DNA of 64,000 nucleotides, taken from the NCBI RefSeq assembly GCF_006345805.1, contig NC_042997.1, positions 57,598,001-57,662,000 of the forward strand. Reading direction: 5' to 3'. This stretch comes from Octopus sinensis. Its lineage: Eukaryota. A program made the translations under genes and the position numbers. The notes below the pieces were generated by a model that made no database searches, was not told the DNA's origin, and saw only the letters and a program-made list of their open reading frames with translations. Below are positions 13,713-26,379 of the stretch, one piece after another (position 1 is the first letter of the stretch; every line of letters starts with the position of its first letter).

Positions 13713-13933
13713 CCCTTTAGTGTTTAAACTGGCCAAATCTGGCCCAATATATTCTACATGTTTTATATTCAAACTGGCGATGTCTAGCCTCTCACACCTA
13801 CCCTACAATGCCATTCTAAAAATAAGTAATCACATCATTGAAACCTCAAAGCTGTAAGATGATCCAGGATTAATTCAAAACAATTTGAGTGAAAAAGTAT
13901 TACATTTAACAGAGTAATCTGAACACTAAAGGG
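13713..13933. mobile_element. piggyBac-like MITE (221 bp)
   Basis: TTAA on both sides (13709-13712 and 13934-13937). TIRs CCCTTTAGTGTT / AACACTAAAGGG. Related copies at ~23056 and ~42209. Confidence 0.8.
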
Positions 13934-15454
13934 TTAAAATATATTTCATTAACCATTCATGGCTAAGTGGGTAAACTAAGGGAATGTCCAACTGTGAAAA
14001 GACATACTCCAATAATTTACAATGACATCCAAGATTTCAAAGAGGACTAATAATAAAGAAGTAGAACTGAACCTGTGCATGTGTTATTATTATTATTGGT
14101 GCAATGACTCTTCCAAGACACAACAAAATTTGTTTCAACACACGGTTTCACATCAAGAATCTTGCAAACGAAATATAAAAATGAAATATATTTTCTTTTT
14201 TCCTTTTTTTTATTTTTGACTTTTATGGCTTAGTTGGGAAGGATAGCAGTGCCAATGGCCTTTTCCAGAGAATCCAGTATTGGTGGGAGGAAGAGAATTA
14301 TTTTCACATAGAAATCTGGCCTGAATGCTAACAGCACCTAAAGGCCATGTGATGATGCCATTACCAGGTGACAGATTGTTTAATATACCAAATATGTATT
14401 GTTTATGGATTTTAAAGTGTAATATTATGAATTTAAAATATTATGAGTACTGACGCAAATAAATATAAAATATACAAAATAATTTTAGAAAGTAGAAATG
14501 CTTTGCGAAGATGGAAATGTGAAAGGTGGTATAATATATATTTTCTAAAAGAGTAATTTGACAAACAATATTTGCCAAGTTTGATCAAACTATTGCTCTT
14601 TATTTGGTAGGTTTTAATCTAAAATGCATCCTAAGCAGTATATTCACTGCCATGCTGGATTTTTTTTACAGTACACATTATCATAAAGAATGTTTTAATG
14701 CTTTAATCTACCAAACTTTATTTTTGATGACTGTGGATTAGTGGAATAAGTGTAAATGCATAATTCAACCCGACCCAAGATAATATTTTATGTAAAAGAT
14801 AATCAGACCAAAGATAATCAGAAACACTAGCAATAGAAACATCAATGGGAATAAGGTTATGCATTTTCAAATCATTAACCTAATTTTTTAGAGAAAAAAA
14901 GATTTTTTAAATATTTGAATCTACACTATATTTCATTTGGTTCAATCTCTGATCATCTTCAGATGTGTACATAGTACTAGACTAGATTTGACTTATGAAC
15001 TTTCTAAACTAGCAATAATAATGTTTCTTATCAACAAGGTCACTTATATGGATACAATATTGTTGCAGTTTTGTAAATATATATGTGTTATGTGTGTCTC
15101 TGTATCTGTGGGTGCCTCAGAGTGCATGTGTACATATATATACATATGTTTCCACAAATATATTTCATTACATTTTGGACATACACTTGGTTATATACAT
15201 CATGCACAAATGTAATTCTTTCTCAAATAAATTGCATTTCATATTTCAAGGCCCTGATGAAGCCATAAGGTGTTATTCAGACTTTCAACTATGATTCCAT
15301 TTATCTTAAAACAGAAATAGCTGTAAGCTAATGATGTTCATAAGATAATCATTTATTCCTTCGTCATCTCTTTTTCTTATATATGTTTGCATATTTAACT
15401 TGTTTGTTTTCATACTTCATATTTAAACAGTTGGTGACATCCTATAACCATATA

Positions 15455-15457
<3 letters not shown>

Positions 15458-15535
<78 letters not shown>
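15458..15535. repeat. (TA)n microsatellite
   Basis: Perfect TA run of about 39 units. Confidence 0.95.
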
Positions 15536-15543
<8 letters not shown>

Positions 15544-15900
15544 ATATAATTTATATTATTATTTAAATGAATGTCACACATCCATTTCCAAATAAGTTTA
15601 TCTTCACCTTTTTGATGCAACTCTACTCTATACTGTTTTCTCCCCTATCCTTCTCTAATTCTCTTTTTCTCAATAAGATATTGTCAGTCATTAGAACTGT
15701 TATGGAAAAAGACCAAGGTCTCCATGAATGCAAAAAAATACTGATAACATCAAGGAGATGTTAATACACTATGCTTAAGAATGGTTAACTTCTGACTGAA
15801 AAGGGAATTTACCAATTTGAAGAGAATGTTTTGGTATGATCATCAGCAATGGCTAACATACAGATTAGAGTACATTGGAAATTTAACACTTGAAAGTACA

Positions 15901-16085
15901 TCATTGTCATCACCATTTAATGTCCCTCCATGCTGGCATGGGTTGGATGGTTTGACAGGAGCTAGCAAGTCAGAAGGCTGCACCAAGTTCTTTTGTCTGC
16001 TTTGGAATGATTTCTACAGCTGGATGCTCTTCATAACACCAATCAATTTACAGAGAGTGCCAGGTGCTTTTTATCTGGCATCAAC
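15901..16085 (-). mobile_element. Family A SINE copy (decayed)
   Basis: CCATGCTGGCATGGGTTGGATGGTTTGACAGG and TTCTACAGCTGGATG motifs are shared with the copy at 234-700. Confidence 0.65.
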
Positions 16086-16670
16086 AGACTGGTTAAGATA
16101 TGTGGATGATACTTTTCTAATCTGGCAACATGAAGAGATGTCCAAGATCTTGTAGACCACCTTAACTCATTACATACTTCAATACAGCCCCAAGAGAACA
16201 AGCTACAGTAGCATCCACCCTTAGTGGTTAGCCACATTTAAGTGGTAAAATATACTTCACACTGTCGTGCAGCTACTGTTTATACCTCGTTCAGAGATTT
16301 ATTATTGCTTGTTTACACTTTTTCGAGATTAGTGACTTTTTGTCACTGGAAAAAGGATATATGTATTTGCATTGGGACCCCTTTGCATCGAAGACCGGTG
16401 ATTGTCGTACGCTGACGACAGGTAAATACCCAGAAACCTGGGTCTGTACGTATCACATCAGGTTGACAATGGGAAGGATGGCTTCCCTTTGCAAATACTG
16501 ATAGGGCACAGAAAGTGTGTCAATAGCCAGCTGGAGAGGATGTTCTCCTGGGGCTACAAGCTACAGTAGCATCCACCCTTAGTGGTTAACCACATTTAAG
16601 TGGCAAGTATATTTCATATTGTCGTGCAGCTACTGTTTATACTGTTCAGAGATTTATTATTGCATATTTA
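16086..16670 (+). mobile_element. Penelope-like element relic: RT fragment plus pseudo-LTR-like direct repeat
   Basis: WLRYVDDTFLIWQH...HLNSLHTSIQ matches Penelope RT motif C. A ~110-bp direct repeat at 16198-16308 and 16556-16663 (period 358) encloses a hammerhead motif. Confidence 0.75.
16406..16450 (+). ncRNA. Degenerate minimal type-I hammerhead ribozyme
   Basis: CGTACG-CTGACGA-CAGGT AAAT ACCCA-GAAA-CCTGGG-TC-TGTACG. Core boxes are intact and stem I pairs. Stems II and III are restored by reverting CpG transitions. Confidence 0.7.
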
Positions 16671-17919
16671 AAAACATTTTGAGTCAATATGTTCTTAACT
16701 TTAGCTTAATAAGGAACAAATGAGTTTATTTTACTAATTTCTTCCTAATTCTTGATTATTATTTTCAAAATTAATTGAGATACATAAGCAGTGGACTGCA
16801 TTAAAAATATGGTAACGAAAGAGCTAAACTATGAATCACACCATCCACACAGTGTTAAGAAAGGAATTGGCAAATAGCTACAAGATATGGTAAAAACAAT
16901 CTGCACCTATGTATAAGCAAATACAAAAGAAATGTGTCACCTGAAAAACACATTACTAAACAGCAAAATACCCAGCCATCCTAAAGTAAAATGTAGAAGC
17001 TAAATCAAACTCCACTGTTTCTTTATTTTACTGCAACGACAGATCTGAAAAAATTTAGAAAATCTGCACTACATATAACATTAGAATTATGTTCCAAAAT
17101 AATACCATACTTTACAGATTTTCCCCCCAAAGTAGTAAGAACTGCATTTATAATAACTCATTAATTTGTGGGAGGTCTAATAAAGAAGTGCATTGGGGGC
17201 AAGATTTTAAAATCAGATAAGAGGAATATCAGAAGACAGAAGCTCATGTAGACCACATGAACTGACTATATATTTCAATTTGAAGTGTCATATAAGAAGA
17301 GAAACACCAAATTAAGATAAAGCTGAAAATATATGGTTTGAGAACGAAAATATGTTGTGGTAGAATGGAATTTCCATGACAGATAGTTGAAATTTTTTTT
17401 TTTTAAATCAAAATTAGCATTATTTATAATGCTTACTGATAACCTAATCAGTAAGCCCAGCACTGACTTCAGATCAATATGGCTGCCATTTTGGAAAGGT
17501 AAATATAAATAAATTAAAACTATGATAGTAATTGTACTTGCGAATACTACCCTTAGTTTAGAGATAGGTTATTTTTAGAATCTAGTCTTGCACTATGTGT
17601 ACACATCTAGGAATAAGATTGATGGTGATTGGAAATAAAATCAATCAAAACATAATATAAAGATTTTTCACTTCTGAAAATGAGGGTAAATAGTTAAAAA
17701 AATTATTACTTTATTAACAACTCATCTCAAATATTTAATCAATGGGGAGTGTGTTTGCAAATCCAATATATATTGGACCAAATATTTTCAATTATCTGTT
17801 TCAGACATTAGCAACTTAACTTTAACCCTTTGCCTGTCGAAAGTCATTTCATAAGTCTGTCCTAAGTATCTGTACTTGTTTTCAGACTTTTAGTTAGCTC
17901 TTGTTTCATATGTCCTGAG

Positions 17920-20907
17920 CAGTGTTGCCAACTTAAAATCACAATTTTATGCTAAATTTCAGTAGTAAAAATACCAAAAAAATGCTAAATAAGAAAAAAA
18001 ATGCTAAAGACTAATTATATTGAAAAGCTTGATTTTTATTTACATTTTTATTTACTTTCTTTAATTATATTCAACATTGAGAAATAATTTCTTGAATTTC
18101 ACTGATTTGATCACTGCCTACGTCTTGACTTCTGTATACATTCAAGGTTCCAATCTTGTTAATTATGTGTTTTGGAATATCGAGGTTTTTGCAATATTTG
18201 CCATATCTTTTCAGGCCATATTTTACAGACAGTATTGATCTAAGCATGGGAAGATGCATTTTGCTTTTCAATTTTGATTAGATTACACTCATACTACTGA
18301 ACAACCATTCAACTTCTGCATTTGAGTTTGGCAATGCCAATAGAGTAATGGCAAAATTTGCAACATCTCTAAAAGGATTTCCTCCAGTAGCATCTTTATA
18401 TTCCAAGACTTCCAGTCAGAATGCCTCAGTATTAGACATATTTGTCCATTTAACTAAATGAATGCTATTAAACTGAAATTCAATTGAAGCATTTTTTTCT
18501 TCATTTAAATGCATTGCTTCTAAGACAGGTAAAATTGGCTCTTTGAAATGCAGCAAAATATTCTCTACTGAAAAACATTTGATATTCCTTAGTATATTAA
18601 TATTTTCTGGCAAATGGTGCTTGAGCTCTTTATAAAGGCAGAGTAAAAATTGTTGTGCCCTTTTGTGAATATTATTTTCTCCAGTGGCTGTTACAGTTTT
18701 CATGATAATCATTTCTGATATCTTTCACTCGAACCTTTACCCTAAATTTGGTTTAGGATCCAGAAATGTTTCAATAGAAGCATCAGGATCAAGGGGATTG
18801 ATTCTACATGTTGACAACACTACCATATTAGCAACAGGTTTGACCAAATTTGAAAAATCTTGAAGTAATTTTGTTTTGTCGACAGTGTTTGATTCAAACA
18901 GTTTATTCACTTCCTGAACACGTTTTAAAATTGGATGCAAAAAGAAAAGGTAAAGTTCATTCCTAGAATCACAAAACATTTCATGTAACATTTGTGCTGT
19001 AAAGCATTTTTCTTTTGTAGTTGTAGTTTGGAAGTGAGTTTGCAATTCAAACCATTGGCTTAAAATTCTATTCACCACTGGTTCTATTTACAGCCACCTA
19101 GTTGTACAAGAATTCACAATCTTCAAAGGCTCTTTATCAATGATAGCAAGGTAAAGTTGTTTGTAGGCACTTTGTCTTGTTGAAGAATGAGAGAACCATT
19201 TATAGGTTTCAGATACTAAAAATTCTAAATTTATGGGCAGACATTCAGCACAAGTGTGGGATACTGCCAACTGTAAAGAATGACATACACATCTAAATAG
19301 AAGTAATGATGGAACAACTTCTTTTAATTTCTGGAAAACACCATTGTTGACTCCTATCATTAGCATTGTCGGTTCCTATAGCCAGTAAATTTTTTATATC
19401 TAATTTCTTTTTCACTAATTCACTTTTTAAGGCATCTGCATTACATGTTTCTAAAGATATCATACTGAGATATCTATGTACCACTTTTTTGTGAGTATCA
19501 CTGTAATATATGATAACAATTCCTAACAACTTGTTTATTGATATATCACTGGATTCATCTAATAACAGGCAAAATTTTCTATCTCCAATATCAGAAATCA
19601 AATCTCCATCAAAATATGGAACTAGAACATTTCTCCCAATATCTGCACATTTTGTACGATGCAACTTCCCTTTGGATATAATGTCACTATTAGACATATA
19701 ATTCTTACATAACTCTATTTAGTGATCACAGCTATTAAATGATGAGTGGCAACGGCAACAAATAAACATTGCTAAATTTGCTTCAAGCATAGATGTCTTA
19801 TCATTTTTGGTTTTTATAAAATTGGTAAGAGGAATCATTTGCTGTGGAGTTGATGCCTTATGTTTCTTTGCTTCATAGTGACTTTACTAAAAGTGAATAT
19901 TTTGCTAACATATAACATCTACAATATCTGCAATGTGCTTTAGATTGGTCACTAGGTACTTCACACAACCACTTCGTAAACGCTGGCATCTTAAGCATTC
20001 CTTTCGGAATTTTTGCTGGTACAATTTTGTTTTTTCTTTGCTCATTATAATGCAGTGGGAAGCAAAAAGATAAAATGAATAATTAATAAAAATATAACAT
20101 TGAAAACACAAGTTAACAGTTTGCCACTAATAATTCTTTCATTCGCCATTAACAATTCATATGTTTGCTGCTTACAAATTCTTGAGGTGAAGAATACTGA
20201 TTCAGGATGCAGGGTGGCCAACTTATAAATGGAAAAGAAAAATCTGCAGAAATCCTAAAACTGTGTTCTGATATAAACCTGGGAATATCATATTTTGCTT
20301 CTAATCTTATATTTAATATCTATATATCTATTGGTAAAACCACCAATATAACTACAATACTTGAAAAAAAAAAAAATAAGTAGAAATATAAAAATATATA
20401 ATCCAAAACAAGCATGAAAAAACACAGGCCTATTTTAACACAGTTAAATCAGTCAACCTGTCATGATAGAAACTCATCACTACAGAATAAAGCATTGTTA
20501 GAACAAATTTCTATGCTTTTATTCTTTGCAACATATTTACATTATTGCATAGTGAGTTAAGGTGCTGATGTGAGTTATCTTTTCCCCCTCCCCCCACCAG
20601 TACCACTCTGTATCCAAGCAGGGAGGGGGGGTGGAAAAGTTCATAACTTGATAAACTTCCTTTTGATAAACTTTCATTTGAAATTTCAACAATAGCCAAT
20701 AGTACTAAAATTTGGCTTTAAGATACTTTAACAAAAGTAGAAAAGGAGGAAAAAGAAGAAAACAAAGAGTATTGTGGAAATGCTAAAAAAAATGCTAAAT
20801 AAAATTTTAAACCTGCTATTTTCCCTGCTAAATTCAAATATTTTCTGCTAAATGCTGAAAAAAAATGCTAGATCTAGCATAAAATATGCTAAATTGGCAA
20901 CCCCCTG
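17920..20907 (-). mobile_element. Near full-length decayed hAT DNA transposon (~3 kb)
   Basis: Ends CAGTGTTGCCAACTT and AAATTGGCAACCCCCTG form an imperfect TIR pair. Clusters of subterminal TGCTAAA motifs at both ends. Contains a transposase pseudogene. Confidence 0.85.
18071..20045 (-). pseudogene. hAT transposase pseudogene (ZNF862/Tip100-like type), with frameshifts and stops
   Basis: Successive ORFs give MSKEKTKLYQQKFRKE, KLHRTKC, LLLDESSDIS (catalytic D), IGTDNA, RCVCHSLQLAVS (CxxH), TTRWL, and the C-terminal dimerisation region LPNSNAEVE.LFS. Confidence 0.9.
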
Positions 20908-21489
20908 AATAATATAAAACTTTCCTTTCATAAAATCCAAGTTACTCTGGTAGTTGAAAGAAAATTGGGAATGTGTATCATATATGATGCATGGACACCA
21001 GGGAAAAATGTTCTACATATCACATGTGATACACAAGATAAGCTAAGATTAAAGTGGGGAGACAAGTAGTTTCATGAATGTATACATGGAAAAGGAGAGT
21101 AAAGCTCCTTGACTATTGTTATAATGCTCTTAGATTTTTCATGATAGTTACAGCAAAATTTCAATTCATGACCCAGTGATCAAAAGTCCAGCAATGAAAT
21201 TTTACAGCCACTTAATTGGCCTCATATAATATAAATACTTACTCGAGTATTTGACTTTTACATTGATTTTATATGACAGCATGGGTTAGATGAGTATGTT
21301 ATTGTGGCATTGTCCTTCTAATGTTAATACTTATTCCAAATGGTTTAGAAGGCATGAAGTGGCTAGATAATCTGTTGACAGGAGAAATGCCAACAACAAT
21401 ACCACTTAAATGTGATGTTCATAGAAGCATATAAAAATGTGAATAAACACACAAATACACACACATACGCACAAATATGTATGCACATA

Positions 21490-21628
21490 TGATGGGCTGC
21501 TTTTCATTTTCTGACTATATTGGTCAGCCCAGCACTAGAGTATAAGGTGCTTACCCAAGGTGCTAACAGTGGGACTGAACTTAGAATCACCTGATTGAAA
21601 AGCAAACATGTTAAACACACAGCCATGC
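21490..21628 (-). mobile_element. tRNA-derived CORE-like SINE (family B), decayed
   Basis: CCCAAGGTGC...CAGTGGGACTGAAC...ACACAGCCATG is shared with many copies in the window. Confidence 0.6.
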
Positions 21629-21632
21629 TTGC

Positions 21633-21787
21633 ATCATCATCATCATCATCATCGTCGTTTAACGTCCGTTCTCCATGCTAGCATGGGTTGGACGGTTCGA
21701 CCGGGGTTCTGGGAAGCCAGAAGGCTGCACCAGGCTCCAGTCTAATTTGGCAATGTTTCTACAGCTGGATGCCCTTCCTAACGCCAT
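21633..21787 (-). mobile_element. Family A SINE, 5'-truncated young copy
   Basis: (CAT)n plus high similarity to 261-385. Confidence 0.75.
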
Positions 21788-23055
21788 CTATGTATATTTA
21801 CAATTTATGCATCAATGCTTATTAAAATATAATTCTGTGAGACTACAATTAGACAATAACAGTTTCATTAACTTTTGACCTCATCAACATGATTGAAGAG
21901 TCAATTTAATCACTTTGTTGTAATTCAGTTGTTCTATTACAAATTTAGAGAAAATGACATCAAACAAGTGTTGTGACCAAGTAAAACCTTTAACTTTTGT
22001 CCTTTTAGACTATTTTTAATTTTACAGGATTTCATCATCTACTTAAATAAGAACAGTTGAACTTATTTCAAGCAGAACATTTTATACTTAATTATTATCA
22101 ATTACTAGTCTTATCATTGCTGCTGCCACTACTGTACTTGTCATTGCTATCATCATTATCACTACCATCATCATCATAATCATCATCAGTACTACCTTGA
22201 CTATGACTGACATGCTAAACATCATATGCTCACTGATAAGAACGAAGTATGGCATATCTGTTGTATTGAAGTGAAACAGTCAAGTAGTCATAGAATTGGA
22301 CTCCCATTGTAAAAGGTTTCAATTCAAATACATTGTACACACATTATGTAATAGCAAAGAACACTTAATTCTACATGCACTCATCACCAAGCTTTTGGGG
22401 ATAGATACCAAGTAATTTGGTGGTCTCTTAACCAAGGGGGAAATTTACTTCAATTAATGCCATGCAACTGGAGCTAAATATTCTCTTTATTGACACTCAT
22501 GGTATGTTTGATATAATGAACATGTTGGTGAAAACAGTGTTGTTGCCTTTGGCAACAGCAAAGGTTTCAACTGTGTCTAACATTCAGATTTTCTGGCAAA
22601 ATTGCCCACATGTGTTTCATTCATTTCCATCACATATTTGTCATTACATTCAACAATGCCCATTCCTATGCAGATGATCCCACCCTTCATTCATTCTGCA
22701 CCTAAGCATCATCCACATGTAACCTAAACATCTGACCAAACCTACACTGACTCCATGAACAAAGATCTCAAAAATCACTCCCCAATGGGGTTAGGTCAAT
22801 CTTGACTGCTTTAATAGCATAATGACAATCAGTACACATATCAAAGAAATATTATCACAACCCATCCCCTTGAATAACATCCAACTAGAACTTGCAAGTT
22901 TGTTACAAATGCTAGGCCTCATTATCAGAGAATCTCCCCTGGTAAATGCACATCTGCAACATAGCAAAGACTGCATCATAAAGAATGGTCTTCTTCACAG
23001 CCAAAAATACTTCAGCCTTATTTACCCACAAACAGCTATCAACTCTCAACAAAGC

Positions 23056-23357
23056 TTAACGTTGTAGCATTTAAACCAGCTTTATTGAGCCCAAATATTC
23101 TACACGTTTTATGTTCAAACCTACTGGATCTGTCCTATCACACCTACCCTGCAATATCATTCTAAAAATAAACAGGCACACCATCAAAATCTATAAGCTA
23201 TAAAAAAATCATATAAATTTAAAACAATGTGAAGGAGTAAAGTGTGAATGGAAAAGGATTAAGTGAGACATACAACAAAGTACGTCTCCCACATCTGCAC
23301 ACAAAACAGGTAGAATATTTGGGTTGGATATAGCCAGTTTGAATGTTAAAGAGTTAA
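23056..23357. mobile_element. piggyBac-like MITE variant whose two ends are both of the same end type (extended inverted arms)
   Basis: TTAA at both ends. CCCAAATATTCTAC at the left and GTAGAATATTTGGG at the right. Homologous to 13713-13933. Confidence 0.6.
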
Positions 23358-25994
23358 GAGGAATATAAACTGTGATTTCATCACTCACAGAAGCTTGAAA
23401 AGCCTGCATAGCCCTTTCCTCCAGATGAAACCAATAGAAAAAAGAAATAAAAATATAAAGCATTTGCTTTCCTACTTCCATACTATTTGAGGCTGACTGG
23501 AACTACTTTACAATAACATAAAATTTTCTGTCAAAAAGCGCTAAGATATGTTCCAGCACAAGCCAAAACAGCCAATGAAGAAGTCTCTGTAAGGTTGTTT
23601 GGTCTGCTAGAAGTAGCAGCTAAAACACCTTCAAATCATAACCTACTATTTTAAAAAATGAAAATTGGATAATGTAGTGCTGGGTGCACTATGACTTGAA
23701 AAAAACCCTAAAAATCAAAAACAGGATGGTAATGGCTAGAATGTCTTTAATCATGTTTGATTATAGATTTGCTTGATGATGGCTGTTTTGGGAGCCAAAT
23801 AACAACATAAACATTTAACTACTAGAGATCAAACCAAAATGTTTAAACAAAAACAGATTAGAAAACTAGATGGTGATTTTGTGCCAGTCTAGAGGTGTAT
23901 AAATTGACAGCTGTTGGGGACTCGAGTTTGCTTGCTCTAATCTTTATTAAATTATTCTCAGTACTTTTGCATTCTAAATCAAAAAATAATTTGCTTATGG
24001 CAGAAAAGTACGCCAATTACTTTGAGAAATTTCTCAAACAATAAGATGAATTGGTGACTAATATGGAATCATGAAAAAAGGCTGGCTGTTCTGTATTCAA
24101 TATATTCAAGAAATAATGACAAATTGCTGCTGACAGATAACAAAGATGGTGACAATACATGCATACATACTACGCGTTTATACTAGTGATATTTTCTCAC
24201 TTGCATAATCAATTTTTTGAAAATGCTTTCGCACAAGAAAGATAAAAATTTTTGATATTCTTGTCACCATTTTGAGTTTAGATTTTTTTTAAATATTAAC
24301 AAAGGGTTGTAAAATTGGCAAAAGCAACTTTCTTTGATTCATGATCTTGCATCATCTCATCAGTGGAACTGAAAGTAAGTTATATTCTAATAACCAGTTT
24401 CTAAATCTTTAATCTTTATATATTGCTTCTAGTCAATTTATCCACAGTCTACTGGCACTTTTGTCACTCAGAATCAATTTACATGCAAGCTAGTGAGACA
24501 ACTTCACAAGTAGCAACAACTGGGTTGGCCTGTACAACTTTAAACCAGGTTGGAATGGTAACAGGAAACTGTTTTCAAAAAAAAAAAATAGCTTAAAGTA
24601 TTTTTAATTAATCATCTTTTAAAAATACCATGTATTAATGTAATAGCAAAAGTCAATACGCTTTTTCTGTGTTGTCATAATGTAAGAGACCAAGTTATAC
24701 AGGTATACAATGGCAACTACATAGTAGAGCATATGTACAACTTAGAGAGAACCATTTTGTATATACTTTATTCATTTGTTCCATGTCTGTCTTTCCATAT
24801 CAATGTGGATTGGATAATGGGGAGAATTTGAGGCAACATTCTATATCTTGATGTCCTTCCTGTTGCTAACCCTTACCTATTTTTTAAGTAAGGGAATTTT
24901 TTTTTATTCAAATATGAAGCTTTCCTTTCATAAATCCCAAGTTACTTTGGTGGTTGAAAAAAAATTTTGAATGTATATCATATATGATGCATGGATGCCA
25001 GAGGAATATGTTCTGTGTATCACAGGACAGGCAAAAGGCTAAAAAATAAGAAATAGCAAATGAAGTTCTCATAATTGACAGGAAAGAAAGTGGGGATGTT
25101 GAAGACAATAAACCATAGCCCAAGAAGCCCAAACACTGTTAAATGAGAATCCTTTGAATCCCTGGCTAACAACATTTCTTCCATCAACTTGTTAATGGAA
25201 ACTGCCTCCAGAAATCAATATCTTAAAGTCTTACAGAAATTAATTATCTAGAATTGTCACTAGTAAGTAAACAATTGAAATTCTCCAAGTCAATTTGACT
25301 AAACCCTGTTACAGCTGTTAGGTATGTTTCTGATAGTGAAGATCCACCAAATGTTGATGCAGTTCACCATCAATCATTTCAGATTTCTACGAGCAGGAGG
25401 CAGGGAACAGTGGACCATCATATCTCTACTATAATGATTATTACTATAATTCATAAGGACAAGGGGTCACACCTACTTCTGTTTCATTTTCACCACATCA
25501 ACCTCATGTGTCATAAGTAATAATTTACAGAATTAGCTTTTAGATCTTTACATACTGTAACATTAAATATTGTAATAAAGTATGTTTTCATGTTTTATAT
25601 AGTTATACAATGTTTACAGTATTTTCTATAATTTTGTTACTGTTTATTATACTGTAGATATTTTCAATGGAATATATGCTTACAATATTAACAGCTACTC
25701 TCAGTTAATATGGATAGTTGGTTAAATTGGAAAACTCTTTCCCTGTATTAGGACAATTAAATGAGTGTTCACAATATATATATATACACATATATATATA
25801 TGATGGATTTCTATACAACTTCATCATCATCATCATATATATATATGATGGATTTCTATACAACTTCCATCTGTTAATTATCAGCTTTAGATTTATTTTT
25901 CAGATATCTCTCTTGGGCAACTCTCTAGTAATCTGTCTTTTCGGTGGTAATCAGTCAGTTAACTCTTTCAATAGTGAGAATTTATAAATAAAAA

Positions 25995-26140
25995 AAAGAT
26001 GAAGACGGGTGTGTAAATAATGCACAGGAAGTGAGAAAGTCTTTTACGTTTCAAGCCTACGCACTTCGCACTTCGACAGAAAGGAACACAGAAATAAACA
26101 GGGAAAGAAAATAGAAAAAGGTTTAGTGGCTAGAGATCTA
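25995..26140 (-). repeat. Dispersed repeat, probably Penelope-derived, carrying a hammerhead-like motif
   Basis: Reverse complement is homologous to 54960-55100. The motif reads CTTTCTGTCGA...GCGTAGGCTTGAAACGTAAAAG. Confidence 0.5.
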
Positions 26141-26379
26141 TCATGCTCTTTCAATAATTGTCTGCACCAAATTTTTGTAATAGAGTGAAAATGGGGATAG
26201 GCAATTTTTTCAAAACTATGGCTTTAAGAAGAAAACATAGACAAATTTAATAGCTTTAGGTATGTGTTAATGACTGCGGTTTTATGGGTGTGGTGATTAG
26301 AAATGTATTTAATATGATTGCAGAACAATCTATATATGAAGCATCAAAACAAGGAGATAAATGTATTATAATCTTTTAT

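Noticed and set aside
15250-15275. CTGATGA-AGCC ATAA GGT hammerhead-like half
   Set aside because: No GAAA box, stem III or stem I partner follows.
17476-17494. Overlapping inverted YY1-like motifs CAATATGGCTGCCATTTTG
   Set aside because: A short motif with no supporting promoter context.
22250-22680. Possible hAT C-terminal relic on the minus strand (VSIKRIFSS)
   Set aside because: A single weak motif with no ends found.
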